Counted from the stretch's first letter, positions 54,618-63,848 are shown. The stretch: 64,000 nt of DNA from a virus (IMGVR_UViG_3300039008_000243:1-64000), one strand, 5' to 3'. A program made the numbers and translations. Notes: a model not told the origin generated them from the letters alone.

Positions 54618-55619
54618 TTAAGATTTTTGAGCAAAAGTATAGTAAGAATTCATAATAGGTTGATTGAAAATCATTTCTGACACACCAATAAAGCCTACTG
54701 TCCTCCATGTAATACCATCATCTTTAACTCTTGGGGGTGTTCTAAAAGTATCCGACATTAATTTAAGGCGATTTTCAGGTTCACCTTCTTGGGGGACATT
54801 AAACAAACAGAACATATCCCGATTAGTGCCTTCAGGGAGCACCCCATATTGTTCTAATTTAGATGCAGAAAGCTCATTTAGTTCGGAGATGCGGGCTAAC
54901 CTATTTCCCCTTAAAGGATCAATCAAAAGATTATATGGAGTCTCATTAAGATCAATACCTGCCGTATTAACTTTTAAAAGTTGATTCAGCAAATCGGATG
55001 GAACTAATAATTCCATATCTGCACTAGTTAACTCAGTCTCTTTTTTCTTCTCATTAATAACATCAAGAAAGAAGTCATAAAGCTGTACAGGGGTTAAGGA
55101 GTAAAGATCTGTAGCTTCGGTGACTACATTCACTTCAGAGCCTGTTAGAAGCCCATCAAACTCTGTAGGGTCATTGGGGTTAAAATTTCCAAAAACTGTT
55201 TTGAGATGCACCCATTCTCTAAGAGCTTTTTCCATAGCAGCTTGGTAGTTAGCTACGATATCAACCACAGGGGCAGAATAGAGTGTCTGGGAACTCTGGG
55301 CTTCTCTTTGTTTGAGTAGTTCTAGAGAAGTCCATTCAGCCGCTATAGCTGCCACTGCAACATTATAGGAATCCGTCTCAATACCAAAATTAGCCAGGGG
55401 TATGTCAGTAGCGGTGCCACCATAGTCTGTAGCAACCCCTACATGATCTAAACGCAAAGTATGAATTTTATCAGTAGCAATCGAAATACCCCCTGGACGG
55501 GAGGTATGATGCATACCCTCGTAACCCCATGTACGAGGGTAAATTGTCTCATAAATTTTAGGTAAAACTCTTTCTGTCTGTTCTCTTAAAAATTTTCCAG
55601 CGCCAACAACATCAACCAT
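54618..55619 (-). CDS. Major capsid protein (HK97-fold, DUF2184-like)
   Basis: 333 aa. Call rests on its position after the portal, scaffold and decoration genes, and on composition and length typical of a major capsid protein. Confidence 0.7.
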   Translation of the reverse strand: MVDVVGAGKFLREQTERVLPKIYETIYPRTWGYEGMHHTSRPGGISIATDKIHTLRLDHVGVATDYGGTATDIPLANFGIETDSYNVAVAAIAAEWTSLELLKQREAQSSQTLYSAPVVDIVANYQAAMEKALREWVHLKTVFGNFNPNDPTEFDGLLTGSEVNVVTEATDLYSLTPVQLYDFFLDVINEKKKETELTSADMELLVPSDLLNQLLKVNTAGIDLNETPYNLLIDPLRGNRLARISELNELSASKLEQYGVLPEGTNRDMFCLFNVPQEGEPENRLKLMSDTFRTPPRVKDDGITWRTVGFIGVSEMIFNQPIMNSYYTFAQKS

Positions 55620-55659
55620 TAGAATAGCCTCAAAAAAAAATAATTTTTATAGATTTAAC

Positions 55660-56208
55660 TTAAACCATTGCAGAATCAGAAATATTAATTGCTGCAATTT
55701 TAAGTTGACCAGCACCGGTACCTAAAGTTAAATCAGGTGTAATGAAATTAACTCCTGACCATAGTCCATGATTAGCACTATCAGCATTAGTAAACCATCC
55801 AATCTCTTCAGAGCCTGGGGCTGTATGCCGATAATAAACAACATCCCCTGGTGCTATTGTTACTCCGGGCTCTAATTCCACCCAAATATCATCAAGACCC
55901 TCCGTGAAAATATTCATTAACTCTTCATTAGGATAGCCTTGCTGGGTATCGTCATCAATAGGAAAACCAGCAATACTAAAAGAAGCATAACTAGCAATTC
56001 CTATGGGTGTCCGAGTATCATCATTAGGTAATTCAACCTGGTTAGTCTGTCCAGCAATCTTAACCACTGGTCTACCAAATTTAATAAGACCCCCAGAAAG
56101 ATTGTAATAAGGTAATAAACTACCTCTGATAACTCGACTACCATTAGAAGATGCAAAGGTACCAGGGTAACCCGCGTCCATTACAAATTTAACTGATGTT
56201 TGTGTCAT
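55660..56208 (-). CDS. Head decoration/cement-like protein (DUF2190-like), paralogous to the N-terminus of 22795..24258
   Basis: 182 aa, immediately upstream of the capsid gene. Shares MTQ..PGTF.S...GS.IRGSL with the 487-aa protein. Confidence 0.5.
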   Translation of the reverse strand: MTQTSVKFVMDAGYPGTFASSNGSRVIRGSLLPYYNLSGGLIKFGRPVVKIAGQTNQVELPNDDTRTPIGIASYASFSIAGFPIDDDTQQGYPNEELMNIFTEGLDDIWVELEPGVTIAPGDVVYYRHTAPGSEEIGWFTNADSANHGLWSGVNFITPDLTLGTGAGQLKIAAINISDSAMV

Positions 56209-56218
56209 TTAAAACCTC

Positions 56219-56392
56219 TTATTTTTTATTACTGAAAAACCCAATTAAAGTTATAGTGACTAAACTTATTAAATCTTCAGTGTCAAAATTCTGAATATCA
56301 AAATGAGTAACTAAAGCCGTTGCAATAAGACCCAAAATTGATATTAAAGTTGTAAGAAAATCCGTGTTGATGTTAAAATTTTTAATTCTCAT
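56219..56392 (-). CDS. Small hydrophobic protein (57 aa, below the track cutoff)
   Basis: Manual translation gives MRIKNFNINTDFLTTLISILGLIATALVTHFDIQNFDTEDLISLVTITLIGFFSNKK. It fills the 207-bp gap. Confidence 0.3.
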   Translation of the reverse strand: MRIKNFNINTDFLTTLISILGLIATALVTHFDIQNFDTEDLISLVTITLIGFFSNKK

Positions 56393-56415
56393 AAAAATTT
56401 TTTAGAATTTTGGGC

Positions 56416-57738
56416 TTATTTTACTAAGCCATTCTTAGAAATTCGATCTTTAACTTTTTGTTGAGATTCATTCATTCTATCTTCAAAATCATTAGTAATT
56501 TCTGAAGAAGAAGAAGTGGAGGATTGCAAAGAATCTAATTGTTGTCGGATTTTATCATTAGAATCTTTTGGTTTTACACTAGTAGATAAAGCAGCCCAAA
56601 CACCATCTACATAACCTGTTAACTGATCGCCTGAGTAGGAATCAATTTTATTCGTTGGTAATTGATTCTTAATAAATAAAATTTTAATCTCTTCCGGGGT
56701 GAGTGAATAATCGGGTTGAAAACTTTTATTATCCGCACGAAACACAGGCAAAACTTTTTCCCATAATTGCATAGAATCTGCCATCATTTGAGAAAATTGT
56801 TCCACACTATATTTATTTTGGGAATCGTTAACACTTGATTGTAAAACTTCAATCTGACCAGTGAGTTTGGCGACTTCGGCTGATTGGTTATCAACAAGCT
56901 TTTGAGATTTATTTACAATGTTTTTAACATCCTCAGTTAAATGATATTTTTTACCTTCAATTTCAATCTCTTTACAATCAATTGTATTATTTCCAATAGT
57001 ATATGTAGTCATAGTTTCGTAAATTTTTCTAATATTTGTTTCAGTCTTTTCTATTGTACCATCATCATACTCATAAGTGGAAATTATATTTTCCTCAATT
57101 TCCATAAAAGTACTTGATTTATTATCTATTTTTGGTTCTACGCCTTTAAAAGTAAAAATTATTCTATCTTTGCAATCTTTTTCATCTGTTCTTACAGTGC
57201 TTTCCTGTCCTGCACGTCCTTCACCTATTTTTAAAATAGCAACATGATCATAAATTCTGGGAGATTGTACCCAACTATTAAGAGTTTTATCGTAATCTTC
57301 AAGATATCTGCGATAACCAGGGGAAATCTCAGCCTGTAAACCAGATCCTTCTGATAAAATATCATCAATAATAGCAATGGCTCTTTTATCTAAAATAGAA
57401 CTAGCTATAGAAAGTTTAGAGTCATTTTCTTTGACAATTTCAGAAAGAGTAGACCCAACCAGAATGTTCTCATCATTCTGGTCAAATGTTCTAGTCTGTG
57501 GGTGGCCTACGGTAACCGCCATACCTACAGCACTAGCTAAAGAGTCAGGGTGAAACAAGTTACCTTTAGTTTGGTGTTCATAATGAAAGGAATCTGTCTC
57601 AGGGTTGTAGTATTGTAGTTTCTGGTCTACAGTTCCTATAGTCATATAGACTCGATAAGTACCATCAGATTTTTTTTGCCACTGTAAATCAGTTTTTTCA
57701 GAACCAATTTTATCAAAAACAATATCGTAATTTTTCAT
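56416..57738 (-). CDS. Putative scaffolding / prohead protease-like protein (DUF2213-like)
   Basis: 440 aa directly after the portal gene, with a helical Ser/Gln-rich C-terminal half as in scaffolds. Confidence 0.5.
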   Translation of the reverse strand: MKNYDIVFDKIGSEKTDLQWQKKSDGTYRVYMTIGTVDQKLQYYNPETDSFHYEHQTKGNLFHPDSLASAVGMAVTVGHPQTRTFDQNDENILVGSTLSEIVKENDSKLSIASSILDKRAIAIIDDILSEGSGLQAEISPGYRRYLEDYDKTLNSWVQSPRIYDHVAILKIGEGRAGQESTVRTDEKDCKDRIIFTFKGVEPKIDNKSSTFMEIEENIISTYEYDDGTIEKTETNIRKIYETMTTYTIGNNTIDCKEIEIEGKKYHLTEDVKNIVNKSQKLVDNQSAEVAKLTGQIEVLQSSVNDSQNKYSVEQFSQMMADSMQLWEKVLPVFRADNKSFQPDYSLTPEEIKILFIKNQLPTNKIDSYSGDQLTGYVDGVWAALSTSVKPKDSNDKIRQQLDSLQSSTSSSSEITNDFEDRMNESQQKVKDRISKNGLVK

Positions 57739-57743
57739 AAAAT

Positions 57744-59084
57744 TTATAATAATTCAAGAACAAAAGAAAAGTCGTTATCTTTAAAAATTTCTTTTAAATC
57801 ATCCTCAGTCCTCACACCTAAGTCAAGTAACTTTTGATAATATTCAGTTAACTTCAAACCAAACTCAATATTTTCTGTATCTGACATTTTGAGCCCAAAA
57901 GGAAATATTATTTGTTTGTTGTTATAGGTTTCAGGGATTGAAAAAGAAGGGGATCTAACTAAATTATAAAGGATAAAATCTATATAAAATGACCATTTAG
58001 ATTTTGCATACTTATGTACTTGACATAACCATTCAAAATTTAGCATTCTAGCGGATTCGATATTATTACTTAGACCTGAAGTAGAGCCAAACTCAGATAA
58101 TAGTTTCCATCTGGGTATATCTACATTAGCCGCCAGGAATCCTTTCATCTCTGCAAGGACATCAGTCAAATTAGCTAAGTTTCTTTCTAAAGTACCTAAG
58201 ACCTCTTTATCTAAATCATAAATCCACATTTCTGAAATACTTTTATGTTGACTTAGATAATTAGCTCTAGCTTGGATAGCACTTTGATTAGTAGTTGTAC
58301 CTGAATCTTTATCTTGCTGCATTTTCAAACCTAGTCCTTTAATACCTAAAGTAAGCATTGAAGTGCTCTCTAAAAGTGAAGAGGTATTCTTTAAAGAAGC
58401 AGAAAAGATGGAAAAAGACTCTAGTAAAGAAGTTATTACTGAATCATGATGATAACCATTATAAAGATAGGACTCATAGCTCAAGATCTCTATCCCTGGC
58501 ACCTCTAAAACTCTAGAATGATGTACACGTATGCCTTGACTAGTGTATGCATAATCATCCACACCATAAGAAAAGCGATCTTGCTCATACACATATAAAA
58601 ATTCTATACCTTCGATTTGACCAAAGTTCAAAGGTGCATCTAAATTTTCATTATCTTTAAAACCAAAGACTATATAGGCTGTTCCATATTGTCGGGCAAG
58701 GATGTCTGCAAGTCTAAATGCCGAATAAATACCTCTGCATTTAATATTTGAGGAAAATTCTGTATAAACAGGTATAGCATCTAAATATTCTTTTAAGCCC
58801 TGGTTATTATAATCAGGAATATTAAATTTATAATCATTAGAATAAACACTTTCAGGATAAATAGAGCAGATACGAGATAATATGCCTGATTTACGTATCA
58901 AACCCGAAATTTCTCTACAGGTCAGCTTAGGAACTCTAGAGTCTATTCCAATTTCTTGAGTTTTTACTTTACCTGAAAATAAAGCAGCTAACTGAACAAG
59001 TTCATACTTAGCATCATTAGATATATCTAAAATATTAAAATCTTCAGTAGAAGTCTTTTTATCTGAGTTTATTATAGGTATCAT
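57744..59084 (-). CDS. Portal protein (DUF1073-like)
   Basis: 446 aa. LARQYGTAYIVFGFKDNE resembles the conserved aR-x-yGGA-l-l-l-G-x-dDG block of HI1409/DUF1073 portals. The position fits. Confidence 0.7.
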   Translation of the reverse strand: MIPIINSDKKTSTEDFNILDISNDAKYELVQLAALFSGKVKTQEIGIDSRVPKLTCREISGLIRKSGILSRICSIYPESVYSNDYKFNIPDYNNQGLKEYLDAIPVYTEFSSNIKCRGIYSAFRLADILARQYGTAYIVFGFKDNENLDAPLNFGQIEGIEFLYVYEQDRFSYGVDDYAYTSQGIRVHHSRVLEVPGIEILSYESYLYNGYHHDSVITSLLESFSIFSASLKNTSSLLESTSMLTLGIKGLGLKMQQDKDSGTTTNQSAIQARANYLSQHKSISEMWIYDLDKEVLGTLERNLANLTDVLAEMKGFLAANVDIPRWKLLSEFGSTSGLSNNIESARMLNFEWLCQVHKYAKSKWSFYIDFILYNLVRSPSFSIPETYNNKQIIFPFGLKMSDTENIEFGLKLTEYYQKLLDLGVRTEDDLKEIFKDNDFSFVLELL

Positions 59085-59090
59085 ATTTAA

Positions 59091-59468
59091 TTAAGCTAAT
59101 AAGACTGAAAAACAATGTTGATCTACATTGAGAAACCGATCTGCTGAATAACAATCTGGAATGCATGAGAGTTGACAATCTTCTAATTTTTGAAGTTCGG
59201 CTAAACGTTTAATTTGATTATTGATTGCTTCCCATTCCACCCCATCAGTCCCCTGAGCTTTGATAATACCTCCTCTAGGTACAAAAGCTTTTAGGTAAAA
59301 GGCTGCTGAGAAATAAGGTCTATAAATAGCAATACTATTATCTGACTTTAAACAACCTTTAGTGTTTTCTAAAATTTTAATTAACTCATTTTCATTTTCT
59401 TCTGAGTAGCAACTACCTATAAGTTTTTGACAAATAGTTAAAGCTTCTGTTATATTATCAATAAACAT
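59091..59468 (-). CDS. Hypothetical protein (first gene of the head operon)
   Basis: ATG at 59468. The longer track ORF to 59696 has a junk-like N-terminus antisense to the TerS-like gene. Confidence 0.45.
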   Translation of the reverse strand: MFIDNITEALTICQKLIGSCYSEENENELIKILENTKGCLKSDNSIAIYRPYFSAAFYLKAFVPRGGIIKAQGTDGVEWEAINNQIKRLAELQKLEDCQLSCIPDCYSADRFLNVDQHCFSVLLA

Positions 59469-59487
59469 GATAAATTTTTTATAGATT

Positions 59488-59928
59488 ATGACTATTTTAA
59501 CAGATTTAGAAAAAGAAGCTTTACTACATTTAAAAGAAATTCTTGACCAGGGGGGAGTGTTTGATAACCTGGTCGAAACTGTTACAACTACCGAAGAGAT
59601 TTTCCATGCTTGTACAAAACACAAGGTAATGAACTCCAAACCTAGCAGAAAAGTAGTAACAACAGTAGAAAGAAAAGTAACCAACAAAAAACACATTCCT
59701 GATTACATTTTAAGGTTTTTTCTAAATAAACAAGAGGTTAATCATGCTCTTTCTGTTTTAGAAAGAAATGGTTATCAAGCTATCATTGATGATAAAAATA
59801 AACAAAGTTTAGAAACTTTAAGAGAACAATTAGATGATATTTTAAAAGATGCTGACAATTCCCCAATTAACCAAGGTGACTATCAGGACTTCATCGAGGA
59901 CACACAAAGAGAATTCCTCGGAATTTAA
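59488..59928 (+). CDS. Putative small terminase subunit
   Basis: 146-aa charged protein immediately upstream of TerL. Called by position only. Confidence 0.4.
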   Translation: MTILTDLEKEALLHLKEILDQGGVFDNLVETVTTTEEIFHACTKHKVMNSKPSRKVVTTVERKVTNKKHIPDYILRFFLNKQEVNHALSVLERNGYQAIIDDKNKQSLETLREQLDDILKDADNSPINQGDYQDFIEDTQREFLGI

Positions 59929-61225
59929 GAAAAAGTTGCCTAAAGGGGGGATACTTTTACCTTACCAAAAAGAATGGTTGTTAAATTCTAAAAAATATCC
60001 AGTTTCTATTTGGGAGAAATCTAGGCGTATTGGAGCTTCTTGGGTAGTAGCCTGTGAAGCTGTTATGAATGCTAGCAAAAAAAACCATCCTGTAAATACT
60101 TATTACATATCTTATGAAAAAGATATGACAATGCAATTTATAAAAGATTGTACTTTTTTTGCTAAATTTTTTCAATCTTTGATAAAAGAAATCTACAAAG
60201 AAAAGATTATAGATGATTTTGGTAAAGATGCTTTAATTTTCAGAATCAGATTTAGTAATGGTTGTGAGATAGCCTCTTTATCTAGTAATAGTCGAAACTT
60301 AAGAAGTAAAAAAGGTAACGTAGTTATAGATGAGGCTGCTTTTGTGGATGATTTAGAAGAGGTCTTAAAAGCAGCTATAGCCCTTACCATATGGGGGGGA
60401 CAGATTAAAATTTTAAGCACACATCAAGGCAAAAATAATAGATTTAATAAATTAGTTTTTGAAGGTAGAGAGAATACTGATAACTACGTTCAAAAAACTT
60501 CTTTTATGGATGCAATCGACCAGGGTTTATATGAAAGATTATGCCTTTCAGGCACTTACCAAAATATAAAAGAAGAAAAACAAAAATTTATAAATAAAAT
60601 TTATAATATTTACAAAGATAATGCAGATGAAGAATTAGATGTTAAACCTAGAGAAGAGAGTGCCTTATCAGTATTCAGATCCACTTGGTTTATTATTTCG
60701 TCGGAGATACCAACTACATTTGATTACCTTATAAGAGCTTGGGATACAGCAGCTACTGACAAAGATGATAGCTGCTATACTGTGGGGACTCTTTTAGGGC
60801 TTAAAGGGCAGCAGATATACATTCTAGAATGGGATTACATTAAAGCTAGTGCGAGTGAAACACAGGAAAAAATAATTCAAGTTGCACGTATGGATGGCAC
60901 CGAAGTCGTCATCTATGTAGAACTTGAAGGGGGCAGCCAACCTATATTATGGCTTGAAAATAGCCTACAAAGTGTTTTAAAGGGGTATGAAATAATTGGA
61001 CAGAAAGTTATAGCCTCCAAGACTATGAGGGCTGTTTTAGCCGCCCGTGAGGCTCGTACACAGCCTTTTATAGTAGCAGAAACTGAATGGGCAAAAACTT
61101 ATATTGAAACTATATGTGAGTTTACGGGTTTAAAAAAGAAAGAGCCACTGATTAATGATTCAGTAGACTCTTTAAGTTTAGGTGTTAATGCTCTAATTGA
61201 AGGGTATAATCCTTTACTGGTCTAA
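59849..61225 (+). CDS. Terminase large subunit
   Basis: KSRRIGASWVVACEAV (KsRQ-G-s/t ATPase block), Walker B VVIDEAAFV, and nuclease-domain Asp block AWDTAATDKDD. An in-frame TTG at 59936, just after the upstream stop, is an alternative start. Confidence 0.8.
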   Translation: MLTIPQLTKVTIRTSSRTHKENSSEFKKKLPKGGILLPYQKEWLLNSKKYPVSIWEKSRRIGASWVVACEAVMNASKKNHPVNTYYISYEKDMTMQFIKDCTFFAKFFQSLIKEIYKEKIIDDFGKDALIFRIRFSNGCEIASLSSNSRNLRSKKGNVVIDEAAFVDDLEEVLKAAIALTIWGGQIKILSTHQGKNNRFNKLVFEGRENTDNYVQKTSFMDAIDQGLYERLCLSGTYQNIKEEKQKFINKIYNIYKDNADEELDVKPREESALSVFRSTWFIISSEIPTTFDYLIRAWDTAATDKDDSCYTVGTLLGLKGQQIYILEWDYIKASASETQEKIIQVARMDGTEVVIYVELEGGSQPILWLENSLQSVLKGYEIIGQKVIASKTMRAVLAAREARTQPFIVAETEWAKTYIETICEFTGLKKKEPLINDSVDSLSLGVNALIEGYNPLLV

Positions 61226-61278
61226 TAAGCAAAGAATTATTAGAATTATTAAAAGGTATAAAATCTGTTGAATTAATA

Positions 61279-61575
61279 TTATAACCATAATTGATTTTTA
61301 GCCTCAATAGATTTTAATTCCAAAGTCTTTACATCATAATGAATAAGGTAAGCAATATCCTTAAACACATAAATGAAAGAATGAACATAATTATCACAAG
61401 CAGGAAAGGGAATAGAAGGAGGATCTGAATAAAAATGGATTCTAGTCTTAATTTTATCCCATAGAGATAGAACTTCATCATCTATTTGATTAAGAAGTTC
61501 AAACTCTTTAAGAAGATAAAAAAGTTCTTTTTTTAGTTCAGCACACTTAAAAGACAATTTTAAATCTTTAAACAT
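61279..61575 (-). CDS. Hypothetical protein, tandem paralog A
   Basis: Shares EFEL-N-ID-E-L--WD-IK--IH-Y--P ... AY---Y---TL-L--IE-KN with 61581..61901. Confidence 0.5.
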   Translation of the reverse strand: MFKDLKLSFKCAELKKELFYLLKEFELLNQIDDEVLSLWDKIKTRIHFYSDPPSIPFPACDNYVHSFIYVFKDIAYLIHYDVKTLELKSIEAKNQLWL

Positions 61576-61580
61576 TTTAT

Positions 61581-61901
61581 TTAACCTACTAAATTTTTAC
61601 GTTCAATCCTTAACAAATCCAATGTGACCAGGTTATAAGTAAGGATGTAAGCTCTTTTCTTATAAAGTGTCACAAAAGAACATTTAGGTTTTTTCAAGGA
61701 AGCTAAGTCAGGAATGGGTTCAGCATAGTGATGTATGTTTGACTTAATTTGATCCCAAATGAATAAAATTTCAGCATCAATACAATTAGAAAGCTCAAAC
61801 TCCTCGATCAAATGGTTTAAATACCCTTGCAAAGAAGACACAATCATAAGATTTTTAGCTTGCAAAAGATTTTTCTGTATGTTAAACATGGGTAGTTGCA
61901 T
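61581..61901 (-). CDS. Hypothetical protein, tandem paralog B
   Basis: See paralog A. The two genes are 5 nt apart. Confidence 0.5.
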   Translation of the reverse strand: MQLPMFNIQKNLLQAKNLMIVSSLQGYLNHLIEEFELSNCIDAEILFIWDQIKSNIHHYAEPIPDLASLKKPKCSFVTLYKKRAYILTYNLVTLDLLRIERKNLVG

Positions 61902-61913
61902 TGAAAAATTTAG

Positions 61914-62432
61914 TTAAACTCCAGTAGACCCAAAACCTTGTTGTTGACGACCCGATACTTCCCTATACTTTTTAGAAAAAGAGTAAGAAAAACTAAATGT
62001 CTCAGGGATAAAAACTGGGCAACAAACTATTTGGGCTATCCTATCCCCTTGATAAATTGTATGAGCTTTATTTGAGACATTGGAAAGGATAATTTTAATT
62101 TCACCGGTATAGCCATAATCTATTGTTCCAGGAGAGTTAGAAACTACAAGCCCTTTTATTGATAAACTGCTACGACTCCTTACTTGAGCTTCTGTATACA
62201 TTTGAGTAAGCCCAATGTGACCCTCAAAATTAAAGAAAATAGGCTCGGGTAATTCTACACCCCATCCAGTCGGAATAATTTCAATCTGACCAGGGGATAA
62301 TGTTAGCTCTGCATTATCTTTACCATCATCTAAGAGAGCTCTCAAATCAAACCCAGAATCTGTACTATGCTTTCGAATAGGTGCTTGGGCTTTTGGATGT
62401 AATCTTACAAAATACATTAAATGTCTTCTCAT
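61914..62432 (-). CDS. dut: dUTP diphosphatase (trimeric dUTPase)
   Basis: Motifs DSGFDL, RSRSSL, GTIDYGYTGEI, GDRIAQIV and QGFGSTG. The true start may be the second Met (62417). Confidence 0.85.
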   Translation of the reverse strand: MRRHLMYFVRLHPKAQAPIRKHSTDSGFDLRALLDDGKDNAELTLSPGQIEIIPTGWGVELPEPIFFNFEGHIGLTQMYTEAQVRSRSSLSIKGLVVSNSPGTIDYGYTGEIKIILSNVSNKAHTIYQGDRIAQIVCCPVFIPETFSFSYSFSKKYREVSGRQQQGFGSTGV

Positions 62433-62482
62433 TTTAATAATTTAAGTGGATCTACAAAGGTTTCTAAGGCTAAAATTGAGGG

Positions 62483-62794
62483 TTATTTGAACTTTTTAGT
62501 ACATTTAGAAGACCTTCTAGTAAAGACTGTACTATAACAAACAAAAAGTACCTGGTGATCGTAAAGAGAAAAAGAGTCTATAGACTTAGGTTGAGGCTTA
62601 GGTTGGGGTTTTCTAGTGAATTTAAAAGGATTTCTAACCTCATCACAGTTATTTAAAAGGGAATCACCTAAAATTTCTTGACAAAGAGTTCTCTTATTTG
62701 AGTTAGCTCTTTCTTTAGCTTGACCAGGGGAGCAAAAAGATAGAACAATTAAAGAAGATAGGGCACAAGAAGAGAAAAGATTTTTAAGAGACAT
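62483..62794 (-). CDS. Small secreted Cys-containing basic protein (paralog 2)
   Basis: ATG at 62794 gives the signal peptide MSLKNLFSSCALSSLIVLSFCSPGQA. The C-[EQ]-x-[FI]-LG...C pattern is shared with 62854..63168. Confidence 0.5.
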   Translation of the reverse strand: MSLKNLFSSCALSSLIVLSFCSPGQAKERANSNKRTLCQEILGDSLLNNCDEVRNPFKFTRKPQPKPQPKSIDSFSLYDHQVLFVCYSTVFTRRSSKCTKKFK

Positions 62795-62853
62795 GATAAG
62801 AAACCAATAAGTATTTACAAGGTTTCTAAGGCTATTTATAAAACTTTGATTAT

Positions 62854-63168
62854 TTATTTCTTGCAACGGTTACGACGACCACCCAAACCATGACGATAAC
62901 CACGAATAGCTGCTACATCAGCTTCATAACCTCTAGGGGCTTTTTGTTGATTCTTACAAGTATTAGAAGGTTTTTTAGAAGGTTTTTGAGGACTTCTATT
63001 TATATTCTTACAAGAACCAGGGATAACAAAACCTAAAAATTTCTCACAACGAATAACGATCTTGTCAGATGTTTCAAAACGTCCTGAGCCTCTTTCGTTA
63101 GCAGAAACAGTTTGAGAAGGCAATAAAGAAGAGATCAACAACAAGGAAAGTAGCAATTTAGATTTCAT
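62854..63168 (-). CDS. Small secreted Cys-containing basic protein (paralog 1)
   Basis: Signal peptide MKSKLLLSLLLISSLLPSQTVSA, then a Lys/Arg/Pro-rich mature part. Confidence 0.55.
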   Translation of the reverse strand: MKSKLLLSLLLISSLLPSQTVSANERGSGRFETSDKIVIRCEKFLGFVIPGSCKNINRSPQKPSKKPSNTCKNQQKAPRGYEADVAAIRGYRHGLGGRRNRCKK

Positions 63169-63235
63169 GATTGTTAACTTAAGATGAAAGGAATAAAGTA
63201 GATGTACTAAATGAACTGGAAAGCTGTGTAAAAAC

Positions 63236-63385
63236 TTACTTAAGCTTATTTAAGTTTGTTTGTTGAATTTCTAATAGTAACTCCTGTTTGTCTACTTTTT
63301 TATCATATTCAGGGCGTTCAACAGGTTCTACGGGTTTAAAAGGAAAGGGAAAAGCCAGTGAAGGATTTTTGATTTCTTGTGACAT
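63236..63385 (-). CDS. Small ORF (49 aa, below the track cutoff)
   Basis: Manual translation gives MSQEIKNPSLAFPFPFKPVEPVERPEYDKKVDKQELLLEIQQTNLNKLK. Co-oriented in the operon. Confidence 0.3.
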   Translation of the reverse strand: MSQEIKNPSLAFPFPFKPVEPVERPEYDKKVDKQELLLEIQQTNLNKLK

Positions 63386-63440
63386 AAACTTTTAGATTTT
63401 TGGGGACTAAAAATTTTCTAAGGCTTTTTGATAAATTTTA

Positions 63441-63656
63441 TTAAAATCCAGGATAATTTCTTATACAAGAAGAGGATTTATTCTTCAAACTTCTCAAAAG
63501 TTTTGAGTTAGCTGTAGCATCGGTAGCGAGTTCAAGAAGATATTGGTGTAAATCTATTTGACGATATTGTCTATGGAATTTAATTATCTCTTGAAGTTCA
63601 TTAAAAACTTCTGTGGGAATTTCTAAGGCAATGGTTACGTGTTTGGGTTCTGTCAT
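63441..63656 (-). CDS. Ribbon-helix-helix-like small protein (71 aa), first gene behind P6
   Basis: HVTIALEIPTEVFNELQEIIKF has a beta-strand plus helix pattern. Weaker than the other two RHH calls. Confidence 0.5.
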   Translation of the reverse strand: MTEPKHVTIALEIPTEVFNELQEIIKFHRQYRQIDLHQYLLELATDATANSKLLRSLKNKSSSCIRNYPGF

Positions 63657-63717
63657 TTAGTATTCTCCGTGTTTTTCTTATGTAAACATAATAATTGATT
63701 AACTAGTTAATTGTCAA
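63657..63717 (-). promoter_or_regulatory. Early promoter-operator-leader cassette P6 (minus strand)
   Basis: TTGACA (complement of 63712-63717), palindrome ATTAACTAGTTAAT 63698-63711, TATTAT at 18 bp. The leader ttacataagaaaaacacggagaatactaaATG resembles P1-P4. Confidence 0.65.
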
Positions 63718-63763
63718 TAGATTCTAGAAAAAAAGTTTAAAAGCTTTAAAAGTTGATTCTTTG

Positions 63764-63792
63764 TTGACAATTAATTAATTAATTAATAGACT
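63764..63792 (+). promoter_or_regulatory. Divergent sigma70-type promoter P7 with (TTAA)n spacer
   Basis: TTGACA 63764-63769, 17-bp spacer attaattaattaattaa, TAGACT 63787-63792. It points into the hairpin-repeat element and out of the window. Confidence 0.5.
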
Positions 63793-63800
63793 AGGGACTT

Positions 63801-63848
63801 GACACTCCCCGGTCTAAAGACACAGGGTTTTCACCCAATATTCTTATA
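63801..63848 (-). repeat. Inverted copy of hairpin-repeat unit A
   Basis: The reverse complement, ttataagaatattgggtgaaaaccctgtgtctttagaccggggagtgtc, differs at 2 positions from 9483-9531. Confidence 0.7.

Noticed and set aside
59469-59696. N-terminal extension of track ORF 59091..59696
   Set aside because: The first 76 residues (MCFLLVTFLSTVVTTFLLG...) are antisense to the well-formed TerS-like ORF and look non-protein-like. An ATG at 59468 gives a compact 125-aa product.
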